41,097 nucleotides of DNA from Minisyncoccota bacterium (GCA_036171775.1 JAVHRR010000021.1:1-41097); one strand, 5' to 3'; shown: positions 1 through 8,309, counted from the first letter of the stretch. Notes: generated from the letters alone by a model not told the origin. Numbers and translations: made by a program.

Positions 1-2
1 AC

Positions 3-260
3 CAAGCCATAATTATCGCTTCCGAAGAAAATCTCGAAGCCAAAAGAGATTTTCTCAAAAAGATTGGCTCGAACCCCCGCCTCGCGTCCCGTTCGCTCCT
101 TTTGGATTTCAAAATGCCGTGGTCTTTACTTGCCGAAACGTCGTTATCCACGCGAAGCGTCGCGCCGAATTTTTCTAAAAATGCAGACCTGCACGAATTG
201 CTGGGGGACAGGGACTCGAACCCCGATTGCATGCGCCAAAGGCACGCGTCCTACCATTAG
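3..260 (+). CDS. C-terminal fragment of a probable large serine recombinase, 5'-truncated by the window edge
   Basis: Frame 3 is open from the window start (QAIIIASEENLEAKRDFLKKIGSNPRL...) to TAG 258-260, inside the antisense of tRNA-Gln. The helical EAKRDFLKKIGSN segment resembles the tail of the recombinase at 17516-18832 (EAKRELLKCLKS). Not in the ORF track. Confidence 0.5.
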   Translation, partial: QAIIIASEENLEAKRDFLKKIGSNPRLASRSLLLDFKMPWSLLAETSLSTRSVAPNFSKNADLHELLGDRDSNPDCMRQRHASYH

Positions 261-271
261 ACGATCCCCCA
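201..271 (-). tRNA. tRNA-Gln(TTG), CCA not encoded
   Basis: Reverse complement TGGGGGATCGTCTAATGGTAGGACGCGTGCCTTTGGCGCATGCAATCGGGGTTCGAGTCCCTGTCCCCCAG folds as a cloverleaf; anticodon loop CTTTGGC; GTTCGA T-loop. Confidence 0.96.
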
Positions 272-416
272 ATATCCTATAAAAATTTAAAATAACTTTG
301 AAACTACTTTTCCCTTGGGTCCCAACCCAAGCTCAAACTGAGTAACAGATGAAAGAATACTAGAAAAATCAAATAAATTCAAGCCCAGATTAATAATCTT
401 ATCTTTTAATTTCACC

Positions 417-435
417 CCCGAGGTTTAACCTCGGG
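417..435. repeat. REP-like palindrome CCCGAGGTTTAACCTCGGG
   Basis: Perfect GC-rich inverted repeat in an AT-rich intergenic region, with no U-tract. Confidence 0.5.
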
Positions 436-520
436 ATTAGAAATGACTATCCTTGACTCTTCCTCCTAATCAAGCTCAGTGATATAATATATTCTATTAC
501 TAGCATTAACCAACAAACAT

Positions 521-805
521 ATGGGATTTGGAAATGGAACAGAGTATGTAGAAAGGATTAAGAGGGCTAATGAGATACTTAATGAATACGAGCAAACTAT
601 TAAACAGGAATCCCTTTCGCACGAAGAACTAAAAGAAATTGTTACAAAAATAAATGAATCAATTAGCAATGGTAGTCTTGATGTGCACACCACTCCTAGT
701 CTTAAGCGCGATACTCTTACTATCGGAAAGAATTATCTGAGAATTTCAGATTTATCAAAGGCCGAAGTTTTAGTCTTTATTAATAAAGTTAAAAAAATAA
801 TTTAA
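521..805 (+). CDS. hypothetical protein
   Basis: 94-aa ORF with ATG start and host-like composition. Confidence 0.65.
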   Translation: MGFGNGTEYVERIKRANEILNEYEQTIKQESLSHEELKEIVTKINESISNGSLDVHTTPSLKRDTLTIGKNYLRISDLSKAEVLVFINKVKKII

Positions 806-810
806 AATAT

Positions 811-957
811 ATGCAAATAAATAATCATACATCTCTAGGTTTATTGTGGATAATGGGTTGGATGTTTACCCTAGGATATTTACAACTATCATTTGGAACA
901 GGTATTCTTGCCTTTTTTGTTTGGCCTTACTATATTGGAGCATTCTTTGGAATCTAA
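811..957 (+). CDS. small membrane protein (48 aa)
   Basis: Translated by hand: MQINNHTSLGLLWIMGWMFTLGYLQLSFGTGILAFFVWPYYIGAFFGI. Hydrophobic, starts 5 nt after the previous stop, below the ORF-track cutoff. Confidence 0.75.
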   Translation: MQINNHTSLGLLWIMGWMFTLGYLQLSFGTGILAFFVWPYYIGAFFGI

Positions 958-981
958 TTATTAATATTAACGAGCAAATCA

Positions 982-1185
982 ATGAGATATCAAGACAAAG
1001 CTAAAAAGATAAAAGTTATAGAGAAGATAAGTGAGGAAAAACATGATATTGAAAAATATGTCGCAAATCTTCATGATTCATCTTCAAAATTGATGGCAAA
1101 TATGCACAAGCCGGCAGCTGAGAAACAAAAGATGCTCGCAAACATCTTTATCAACGCATATATCGCTGCTGAAAACTTGGAATAA
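982..1185 (+). CDS. hypothetical protein
   Basis: 67-aa ORF co-oriented with the two upstream genes and followed by a terminator. Confidence 0.55.
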   Translation: MRYQDKAKKIKVIEKISEEKHDIEKYVANLHDSSSKLMANMHKPAAEKQKMLANIFINAYIAAENLE

Positions 1186-1257
1186 AGGACGTGACACAAA
1201 TAATTCAAGATCGTGTAAAAGAAATAGCAGGTGGATCAAGTAATAAATAATTAAAAG

Positions 1258-1285
1258 AAAAAACCCGTGCTTTCACGGGTTTTTT
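1258..1285. terminator. bidirectional intrinsic terminator
   Basis: AAAAAACCCGTG-CTTT-CACGGGTTTTTT between convergent genes. Confidence 0.8.
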
Positions 1286-1306
1286 GTTGTTTCCAAGACC
1301 TATGTC

Positions 1307-1669
1307 TTAGAAATCGTAGTTTTCTGTTTGTGCCGACAATAGTGCCTTATTGGCGGCAGAATCACCAGTCCTTTTTATCTCTTTGCCATCCCAGTAGCCG
1401 ATACTGAGTGCGCTTGTTTCGCACACTGTTGCATCCGAGCTTTCAAGAATATAGTGGAATCCGGTGTGAACAATTATTTTCTTGCCCTTGTCTATCCCTT
1501 CAGCAACAGACTGACCAGGGAAAATGCGTTCTCCGCAAAGACCACACCTCGTTGTCAGTTTGTTCTTGATCGCTTCTTCAGCGTCCTTTTTCCACGCATC
1601 ATATTTTGCCTTGTCTGAAAACATAAACATGTACTCAATACCTTCAAGAATTTTTGTAATAAACAGCAT
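1307..1669 (-). CDS. hypothetical protein with CxxC...H...C possible metal-binding residues
   Basis: 120-aa ORF, GGGGA SD-like motif upstream, RCGLCGERI motif. Confidence 0.7.
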   Translation of the reverse strand: MLFITKILEGIEYMFMFSDKAKYDAWKKDAEEAIKNKLTTRCGLCGERIFPGQSVAEGIDKGKKIIVHTGFHYILESSDATVCETSALSIGYWDGKEIKRTGDSAANKALLSAQTENYDF

Positions 1670-1744
1670 AAGTTAATCCCCTTTTTTTCAAACTTGTACT
1701 TCTAAAAATAAGATAACACATTATTTCGTTATTCCAAAATTAAA

Positions 1745-2308
1745 TTACAGTCTGATGGTCTTTTTAAATTCTTTTCGCACTTTCAAATAGTCTGGAATAG
1801 TTCGCGCCACCAAATTCCAAAAATTTTGCGAGTGATTAAATTGTTCCAAATGACAAAGTTCGTGCACAATAATATAATCTGCCATTTTTTCTGGAAGTAA
1901 TGCTATTTTATAATTAAAATTTAAATTTCCTTTACTTGAACAACTTCCCCATCTAGTCTTTTGGTTTTTAATATTAATACTATTAAATTTGTAGTTATAA
2001 ACTTTATTAAAATACTCAACTTTTTGTTTTGCTAGTTGTCGAGCGAATTCTTTTCTTTTTAAATAATCTGCGCGTGTACTTTTAGGAAAAAATATATGAC
2101 CGGAAGATTTAAAATAGTTGATTCTATCCAAAACCCACTGAGATTTTTGAATAATAAATCTTTCAATTATTCCCTGATCTAAATATCTTGGTGTGGTCAC
2201 AACAAAACTTCCATCACAATACACGGCAAGCCTCATTCTTTTGGCTCGTTTGCTTACTTTAAGTGTGTAATTTATTTTATTCTCTTGTATTGTAATATTT
2301 TTTTGCAC
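1745..2308 (-). CDS. YgjP/DUF45-like M48 metallopeptidase-family protein
   Basis: SKRAKRMRL, KNQKTRWGSCS, DYIIVHELCHL (HExxH), NHSQNFW. Confidence 0.92.
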   Translation of the reverse strand: MQKNITIQENKINYTLKVSKRAKRMRLAVYCDGSFVVTTPRYLDQGIIERFIIQKSQWVLDRINYFKSSGHIFFPKSTRADYLKRKEFARQLAKQKVEYFNKVYNYKFNSINIKNQKTRWGSCSSKGNLNFNYKIALLPEKMADYIIVHELCHLEQFNHSQNFWNLVARTIPDYLKVRKEFKKTIRL

Positions 2309-2358
2309 AGATTTTACGAAATTATATTTACATTATACATGAATATTCCAGACAGTAA

Positions 2359-2385
2359 TAAAGCCCCGCCGTAGGCGGGGCTTTA
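2359..2385 (-). terminator. intrinsic terminator after the CYTH gene
   Basis: TAAAGCCCCGCC-GTA-GGCGGGGCTTTA perfect hairpin. Confidence 0.75.
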
Positions 2386-2418
2386 ACTTGTTTTTGAGAC
2401 AAGCTTATTCCTCTTGGT

Positions 2419-2892
2419 TTATTTGAGGAGAGTTCTCACCTCCTCTCTGATCGCGAGGTTCTTGTTCTTGAACCTCTTGTCGTCAGTGACGTCTTTCCCG
2501 TTGATGTGACTGGGCAGGACGTAATCCTTTGCCTGATCTTCGTTTGGGAACTCGATCTCGAGCGTAAAGAGACCTGATAAAGTCCCCAAATACTCATCGA
2601 ACTCCATTACGAGGCCATCACCAGTCGGGATAGTGTAGCGGATTTTCTCCACCCTGTGAACCTCTGTTTCTGACCACATGATGTTGAAGACCCACTCTGG
2701 TATCACCGTCTCCCACTCTTCGCGGGAAAGGTTGCCATCACCCTTCGCGGTCATGAAGCACTGCACGCCTTTTCTTCTGATGCGCAGTTCCTTTCCAGCT
2801 TCAGAGATCACGTAACCTTGGCTGATCTCAACCCCTTTCCCGATATTCTCGGGAAGCTGTGCTATCAAGTACTTCTTTTCTATTTCTTGCAT
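2419..2892 (-). CDS. CYTH-domain triphosphate tunnel metalloenzyme
   Basis: True start is probably ATG 2892 (MQEIEKKYL, ExExK motif) after GGAGGAGG. Also ISQGY, ELRIR, REEWE, KIRY, EIEF, DVTDDKRFKN. Confidence 0.9.
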   Translation of the reverse strand: MQEIEKKYLIAQLPENIGKGVEISQGYVISEAGKELRIRRKGVQCFMTAKGDGNLSREEWETVIPEWVFNIMWSETEVHRVEKIRYTIPTGDGLVMEFDEYLGTLSGLFTLEIEFPNEDQAKDYVLPSHINGKDVTDDKRFKNKNLAIREEVRTLLK

Positions 2893-3617
2893 GTTGTTCC
2901 TCCTCCTTCTTCGCTTAGTACGTACTTCACTATCCCGATGACTTGCGCTATCTTTCCATCGATTCCGCGTTTGCCATCGATAACTGTGTGATGCTCGTGT
3001 TCCTGCCACGCCGCTTTTGTAGCTAGCTCAAGCTGTTGAGCTCTCTCCAAAGGTTCGAAGCGCGTTTCGTTGTTTGCGTTCCCATATTTCTCGGGGCAAA
3101 CAACTGACAGCGATTCAAGGTGTATAACAGCATTGTATCTGGTGAGTTCTTTTTCAGCGACCAGCTTGTTCTTATCACAGAACTCTTTTATGCCGCCGGG
3201 TGTGTATGCGGCGCCGTCGAGAGTGCCGCGATCGCATATTATTACCCCAGCACCTTGTGCCCCAGCCACTAAAGCTGAAGCGTCCTCTATGGCCCTTTGC
3301 AGAGGAAGAACAGCTGCTTGCAAGCAAGACTGCCATTCCTCACTCCACTCCAGATCTTTTCCAGGTACCGGAAACCCCCCTGAAAGTAACATCGTTGCCA
3401 CTTCAGGTACGAAACACACTTTGTTTCCGAACTCTTCACGAAGTGCAGAAAGAATAGTTGTTTTCCCGCTAGACGGACCTCCAGTTAGTACAATCCGTTT
3501 CGCCTGGTAATTCTTCTCTCCGGTGAACTGAGCCAGCTTGAAGGCGTCCACAACGCTTTCATATGGCAACCCAAGACTCGTAGCTACACTTTTTAGTACT
3601 GCGTTGTTTATTTTCAT
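2880..3617 (-). CDS. AAA_28 (NadR/Ttd14-like) P-loop kinase/ATPase
   Basis: RIVLTGGPSSGKTT, VPEVAT, IICDRGTLDG, RYNAVIHL, NETRFE; AAGGAGG SD; overlaps the CYTH start. Confidence 0.88.
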   Translation of the reverse strand: MKINNAVLKSVATSLGLPYESVVDAFKLAQFTGEKNYQAKRIVLTGGPSSGKTTILSALREEFGNKVCFVPEVATMLLSGGFPVPGKDLEWSEEWQSCLQAAVLPLQRAIEDASALVAGAQGAGVIICDRGTLDGAAYTPGGIKEFCDKNKLVAEKELTRYNAVIHLESLSVVCPEKYGNANNETRFEPLERAQQLELATKAAWQEHEHHTVIDGKRGIDGKIAQVIGIVKYVLSEEGGGTTCKK

Positions 3618-3903
3618 TCTGCCTCCTTAGCTGAGTTAGATAAAAGCACCGCTTTTTGAAAAGTGGTTTTTTCTCGCGAGAGCGAGTTGTTATAGTGTCA
3701 GTGAGCTTCTAAAGTCCCATAGTATCATTATGAGTATTATTTGTCAAGTAAGTAACATACTATCATATTTTAGTCTCAAAACACGAAATTGTTTATTTTA
3801 TTCAAAAATAGCGACCATGGACTATAACCTTTTTTTGAGTTGCAATTTTTTTAAAAAGGAGTAAATTCATTAACACTGTTCTAATTTAAGGAGGAAGGCG
3901 AAA

Positions 3904-4167
3904 ATGTCAAAGCTGAAACCTTTAGAAAGAATGATCACAAGGGGCACAAAGGTTAGGATAAAATTATGCACCGCGCCGGAGCACGTTCTGTCAGAAAAAA
4001 CCTGTGTTTGCGGTTTTATCGGGCAGATCGTCGTCATCGGCAACTTACATTTAACAAATATCCCAACCGCGCCGCGGACTTATAATGTTAATATTCACGG
4101 ACAATATAAGCTCGTTACGAGAAAAGAAATCGTGATACTGAGGAATCAGAAAGTGAGGTTGGAGTAG
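3904..4167 (+). CDS. hypothetical protein
   Basis: 87 aa, AAGGAGG SD, followed by a terminator. Confidence 0.7.
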   Translation: MSKLKPLERMITRGTKVRIKLCTAPEHVLSEKTCVCGFIGQIVVIGNLHLTNIPTAPRTYNVNIHGQYKLVTRKEIVILRNQKVRLE

Positions 4168-4182
4168 CCTCACCAAACAACA

Positions 4183-4263
4183 AGGCCCGCCGTATATCGG
4201 CGGGCCTGTTTTTCTGCCTATTTTTATAAATAAAATCGCCGAGCCCTGTAAGAGGCTCGGCGA
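4183..4263. terminator. two back-to-back intrinsic terminators (+ 4183-4213; - 4232-4263)
   Basis: AGGCCCGCCG/CGGCGGGCCT plus T-tract; TCGCCGAGCC/GGCTCGGCGA preceded by an A-tract. Confidence 0.75.
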
Positions 4264-4305
4264 ACGAATAGTTTTATAAAGCGTATTCAGGCTTCTGTTT
4301 GCGTG

Positions 4306-4929
4306 TCAGAAACTAGTTCCGATTGTTGCAAACAATTTCTCAGATCCTGAGGTAGGGTTTTTCATCCCCCACAGTTTTACATAAACCCCGTGTGAAAGGT
4401 CTACACCGATCACAGGCCCTAGGTCTAATACGGCGTCAGCTCCTGAAGTACTCCATTCCCAGTACAGCTGCTCGCCGAAGCCTACCTGCAAGCGCTCTGT
4501 GACTTTCCAGAGCGCCTCGGTCCAGTGATATGCAAAACTCGGACTATCTTTCTCTGTACCGAAGGTCATCTCGTTCATGGTTATCCATGATAAGACCTTA
4601 CCCCCGTTTTCAATGTACAGTTCGGCAGATGTCGCCTTATACTCTTCTGACCACACTACTCCAACTGCTGGAGTGATGATCATCGAGTCATTCTTTTGGA
4701 ACGATTTGCCTATAAAAATACTAGGCGCACCAGACCAATCGAAGTTTGAGCGAACATCTACAAGAAAGCGTCCTGTGTCATAGGTCATCCACGGGATGAC
4801 GAGTGTGCTTTGCTTACGCTCTGTCATCACATTCATTGAGACATCCCCCTCTCCAGCAAAAACGAACGCGCGACAGAAGAGTACGAGCAATGTCACAGCG
4901 ACTGCTAAAATTATCAACAATTTTCTCAT
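4306..4929 (-). CDS. secreted protein, possible beta-barrel fold
   Basis: N-terminal signal peptide, aromatic-rich amphipathic strands, C-terminal Phe (ATIGTSF); AAGGAGG SD. Confidence 0.7.
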   Translation of the reverse strand: MRKLLIILAVAVTLLVLFCRAFVFAGEGDVSMNVMTERKQSTLVIPWMTYDTGRFLVDVRSNFDWSGAPSIFIGKSFQKNDSMIITPAVGVVWSEEYKATSAELYIENGGKVLSWITMNEMTFGTEKDSPSFAYHWTEALWKVTERLQVGFGEQLYWEWSTSGADAVLDLGPVIGVDLSHGVYVKLWGMKNPTSGSEKLFATIGTSF

Positions 4930-5086
4930 AGGTCCTCCTTTCTTATAATCTCTTTAAATTATAACATATATATTCTGCTTGTCAAAGTGGGGATGGTGGT
5001 GATTATTTATCAACCTTAGTATTTTATAGACAGATATAGTACTATATTTACTAACCAACTTAGTAGTGTGAGTTTAAAAAACTTCA

Positions 5087-5773
5087 ATGACTGAACAAAA
5101 TCTAGATGAAATAAAAACTGAAGAACAGCTTAAAGAACAAGTTGATATAATTTTTAATGATTTAATAAAAAAACCAGAAGTTTCTGAAGCACTTGATTTG
5201 CTAGATAAATTGCCTGAAAGTTTAAAATATCATAACAAAAACCACACTTTGGACGTGATAAAAGAGACGATTCTTTTTGCCGCGGCTGAAGATGCGAGCC
5301 AAGATACAATAGAACAACAAGTCATAGCTGCTGCATGGCATGATGTCGGGCATATCAAAGGTTCAGAAAATCATGAAAGCGCTTCTGTTGAGTTGTTTAA
5401 ACAAAGTGAGGCATATAAAAAACTTTTAGATATAAATAAAGCAGATATTATAAATAGTATTTTGAGTACAAAAATATATATAGAAAGCGGTTCTCCAAGA
5501 TTTGATTATAATACGAAAGGTTTTGGATATGTTCTTGATGCTGACGTAAGTAATTTTGGCAGAGAAGATTTTTGGGAGAATAGAAAAAAGGTGGTAGAAG
5601 AACTTGGACTAGATTGGGAAAATATTGAAATAAGAAAGAAATTCCTAAAATTCACAATTTATTTGTTAAAAAACCACGAATGGAAAACTGCCTCAGCTAA
5701 AAAATTACGTGAGGAAACAAAAAAGAAAAATCTCGCGCTTATGATAGAAGAATACAACCAGCTCGGTGAATAA
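5087..5773 (+). CDS. HD-domain metal-dependent phosphohydrolase
   Basis: YHNKNHTLDV, AAAWHDVGH, HESAS, LDADVSNFG. Confidence 0.88.
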   Translation: MTEQNLDEIKTEEQLKEQVDIIFNDLIKKPEVSEALDLLDKLPESLKYHNKNHTLDVIKETILFAAAEDASQDTIEQQVIAAAWHDVGHIKGSENHESASVELFKQSEAYKKLLDINKADIINSILSTKIYIESGSPRFDYNTKGFGYVLDADVSNFGREDFWENRKKVVEELGLDWENIEIRKKFLKFTIYLLKNHEWKTASAKKLREETKKKNLALMIEEYNQLGE

Positions 5774-5775
5774 TT

Positions 5776-5802
5776 AAAAAAACACCCCCACGGTGTTTTT
5801 TT
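5776..5802. terminator. bidirectional terminator
   Basis: AAAAAAACACC...GGTGTTTTTTT between the convergent HD gene and dnaX. Confidence 0.6.
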
Positions 5803-6835
5803 AAATTGTCTTTATTAACTTTGTTAATACGAGCTCGAGTGGAAGCTCTGGAATATACGCTTTTGACACCATGTCATAATATGACAAAAGCGTAAGTAAG
5901 GTATCAGAATTGATTGCAGAAGGTTTTTTCTCAGCAATTGCTTTTAAAAATCTAAAATCTGTATCAGTCATTTCTTCTTGCAACTTCCCTTCAGAACTCT
6001 TTAAGTTTCTAAGAAGAAGTATTGCTCTCATCTTGTGAAGTACTAGCTTAAAATATAAAAGCATATCAATATTTGCCTCATTTGCTTTTGAAATAGCTCC
6101 AAGACCTATGACAAGGTTGTTTTCGTCTATTGCCCTTATAAAATCATTCACCAGCTCTGTTTTTGGTGCACCTGTTACAATCTCCACTTCCTCAGGAGAA
6201 ATCTTCTTGTCTTTTGAAGCACTCATGACCTTCTGCAAAATACTTTGTGCGTCTCGGAAAGAGCCGTCTCCAAGTAAAGCAACTAGATCAGCAGATGAAG
6301 CTTCCAAAGAGAAACCTTCCTTTTTAGCGATAGCAACAACAACATCCTTTAGAACTTTCTGTGTGGGTTTTTTGAAAGAAAAACTCTGACATCTAGAAAT
6401 AATAGTTTCTGGGATTTTGTTTTCTTCAGTTGTGGCAAGAATAAATATTACATGTTTTGGTGGCTCCTCAATAGTTTTCAATAGAGCATTCCATGCAGAC
6501 TTTGAAAGCATGTGAGCTTCATCCAAAATATATACTTTATAAACAGATTCAAAAGGTAAAGTGCTTACTGACTCATTTAAAGCTCGAATATCATCTACAC
6601 CAGTATTTGACGCGGCGTCTATTTCAGAAATGTCATTTTGAGATGTACCTATTTCTTTTGCAAAAATCCTTGCGATACTTGTCTTTCCTGTTCCTCGAGA
6701 ACCCGCAAAAATATAAGCATGGGCAATGTTTCCATTTTTAATAGAAGACTCGAGTACTTTCACAATGTGATCTTGTCCAAGAACTTCCTTGAACTTCTGT
6801 GGACGATATTTTCTGTATAATGCTGTCTCTGTCAT
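5801..6835 (-). CDS. dnaX: DNA polymerase III subunit gamma/tau (short, gamma-like)
   Basis: ALYRKYRPQKF, GSRGTGKTS, EIDAASNTGVDDIR, LDEAHMLS, NALLKTIEEPP, TIISRCQ. Confidence 0.97.
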   Translation of the reverse strand: MTETALYRKYRPQKFKEVLGQDHIVKVLESSIKNGNIAHAYIFAGSRGTGKTSIARIFAKEIGTSQNDISEIDAASNTGVDDIRALNESVSTLPFESVYKVYILDEAHMLSKSAWNALLKTIEEPPKHVIFILATTEENKIPETIISRCQSFSFKKPTQKVLKDVVVAIAKKEGFSLEASSADLVALLGDGSFRDAQSILQKVMSASKDKKISPEEVEIVTGAPKTELVNDFIRAIDENNLVIGLGAISKANEANIDMLLYFKLVLHKMRAILLLRNLKSSEGKLQEEMTDTDFRFLKAIAEKKPSAINSDTLLTLLSYYDMVSKAYIPELPLELVLTKLIKTI

Positions 6836-7110
6836 TTACCCGAGAAAATTTTTGCGAATAAAAAAGTCAGCTGCGACTTTACCTAACTGACTTATTCTTA
6901 AAAACAATTTCATATACATATATATACACCATTTTAACCTAAAACTGACTTTTTTGCATTACGAGATATTTAATAAAAATATATGATTTGTGTGTTTAAC
7001 TAATATATAATCCAAAAACATAAAGTAAATAATCACGTAATGCGTTCGCAAAAACTTTAGCGGGTGAAGATTATATCATTCAATATACAAAAACAAAATT
7101 TAGATAAAAT

Positions 7111-7370
7111 AAAACTCAGGAGGCGCATGGCACCCCCTGAGCGGGTAATTATTTGTGTTTTTGCCTAGACTAGCCCAAAGAGTGTCTAAACTAGCTCCTT
7201 TTTGGGTGCTGAGTTTTATTCTCCTTGTTCCCCTACGTGAATCCATCGGCGGGTTCGTATTGTTATACTTATATTGACTAGCCCAAGCGCTCTTGGGTTC
7301 TTAGTTTTTTCCCCTCCTGTTGAATTTGTAAAACGGCTTCGATAAAACACTTCAAACCTAACCTGTGCGA
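7111..7370 (-). ncRNA. candidate small RNA with a duplicated hairpin motif
   Basis: Minus-strand TTGACA (7396-7401) and TAACAT (7374-7379); minus-strand terminator 7111-7141 with G-U pairs and U-tract; two copies of GACTAGCCCAA...TTGGGT; no credible ORF. Confidence 0.45.
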
Positions 7371-7468
7371 AGTATGTTATCAGATTTATTTTTCATGTCA
7401 AGTAGTTTGACAACTATATCAATATTATATAGTCTCAATACCAGAATTTGTTACTTAAGGGGAACATA

Positions 7469-7837
7469 ATGATATCAAACTATAAGCTGATGGTACACAA
7501 AATAATGTCGCAGTATCAAGGCGGCTACGTTGTAAGCCAGCTGATAGTAGATGAGCTCTTGAAAACGCCAGAGTTGAAATATGAAGCTAAAATACATAGA
7601 ATGCTACGGCGTGAAGGTGGAGATGGCTGGGATGCTGAAAAAACAACAAACTATCTTCAAAAGACATACCGTAAGGTTGTCAGAAGAGCAATCATGGATC
7701 TTAGAAAACAAAAGTTTGTTGAGACTGTGGAGCTCGAGAAAGTTCCAAAAGGTAAAGTCACGCTCTGCAAATCGAAGCTCACGAAAAAAGAAGTAGCTCA
7801 TAGAATAACTGAGGCCGGCATAAAGAAGCTCGGTTAA
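7469..7837 (+). CDS. hypothetical protein, possible winged-helix fold
   Basis: ATG 7469 after AAGGGGA; C-terminal HRITEAGIKKL resembles wHTH ends; TTGACA at 7407-7412. Confidence 0.7.
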   Translation: MISNYKLMVHKIMSQYQGGYVVSQLIVDELLKTPELKYEAKIHRMLRREGGDGWDAEKTTNYLQKTYRKVVRRAIMDLRKQKFVETVELEKVPKGKVTLCKSKLTKKEVAHRITEAGIKKLG

Positions 7838-7840
7838 AAC

Positions 7841-7874
7841 AAAACCTGTGGTCGCAAAAGCGGCCACAGGTTTT
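7841..7874 (+). terminator. intrinsic terminator
   Basis: AAAACCTGTGGTCGC-AAAA-GCGGCCACAGGTTTT. Confidence 0.85.
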
Positions 7875-7917
7875 AATTTACTATATATTTTATTTATTTT
7901 TTAAAAAAACGATTCCT

Positions 7918-7942
7918 TATTCTACTATTCGCGCGAATAAGG
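7918..7942. repeat. 25-bp inverted repeat, left copy, flanking the ArsR gene
   Basis: TATTCTACTATTCGCGCGAATAAGG matches the reverse complement of 8310-8334 at 24/25 positions. Confidence 0.85.
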
Positions 7943-7989
7943 CCTAATAAGACCTAATAGAACTTTGGGCGCAACCCGGTTTAGGTATT

Positions 7990-8256
7990 TTATAATAATG
8001 AAATTATTTTAGAAGCAAGCTCAGGGAGTTGCGAAGAGATTTTATAATAACATTGTGTATTTCTTTGTTCCTTATCCACCAGGTCGGCTGAAGCTAGTAT
8101 ATCAAGATGTTTTGAGGTTGATTTAAAAGAAAGATTAATCTTCTCGGCTATCAAACCAACGGTCGCCTCTTTTTTATTTTTTAAGAAACTTATGATAGCG
8201 ATACGCCTCTTACTAGCTAATGATTTTAATATTTTTTCAAATTCTTTTGGCTTCAT
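7990..8256 (-). CDS. ArsR/SmtB-family transcriptional regulator
   Basis: LKSLASKRRIAII, TVGLIAEKINLSFKSTSKHLDIL, LVDKEQRNTQCYY. Confidence 0.9.
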   Translation of the reverse strand: MKPKEFEKILKSLASKRRIAIISFLKNKKEATVGLIAEKINLSFKSTSKHLDILASADLVDKEQRNTQCYYKISSQLPELASKIISLL

Positions 8257-8309
8257 AATATTTCAATGTCTAAAGTACTTATTGTTGCTAAAACATTATA
8301 TCTTATATC

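Noticed and set aside
64-282. 72-aa ORF (+)
   Set aside because: Overlaps tRNA-Gln in antisense, and frame 3 gives the more plausible protein.
2893-3009. N-terminal extension of the CYTH ORF
   Set aside because: Lies inside the AAA_28 gene; the SD and ExExK motif place the start at 2892.
3070-3510. 146-aa ORF (+) and similar shadow ORFs (e.g. 6108, 8565, 15948, 18948, 24642, 28486, 40100)
   Set aside because: Antisense to well-supported genes, with no recognisable motifs.
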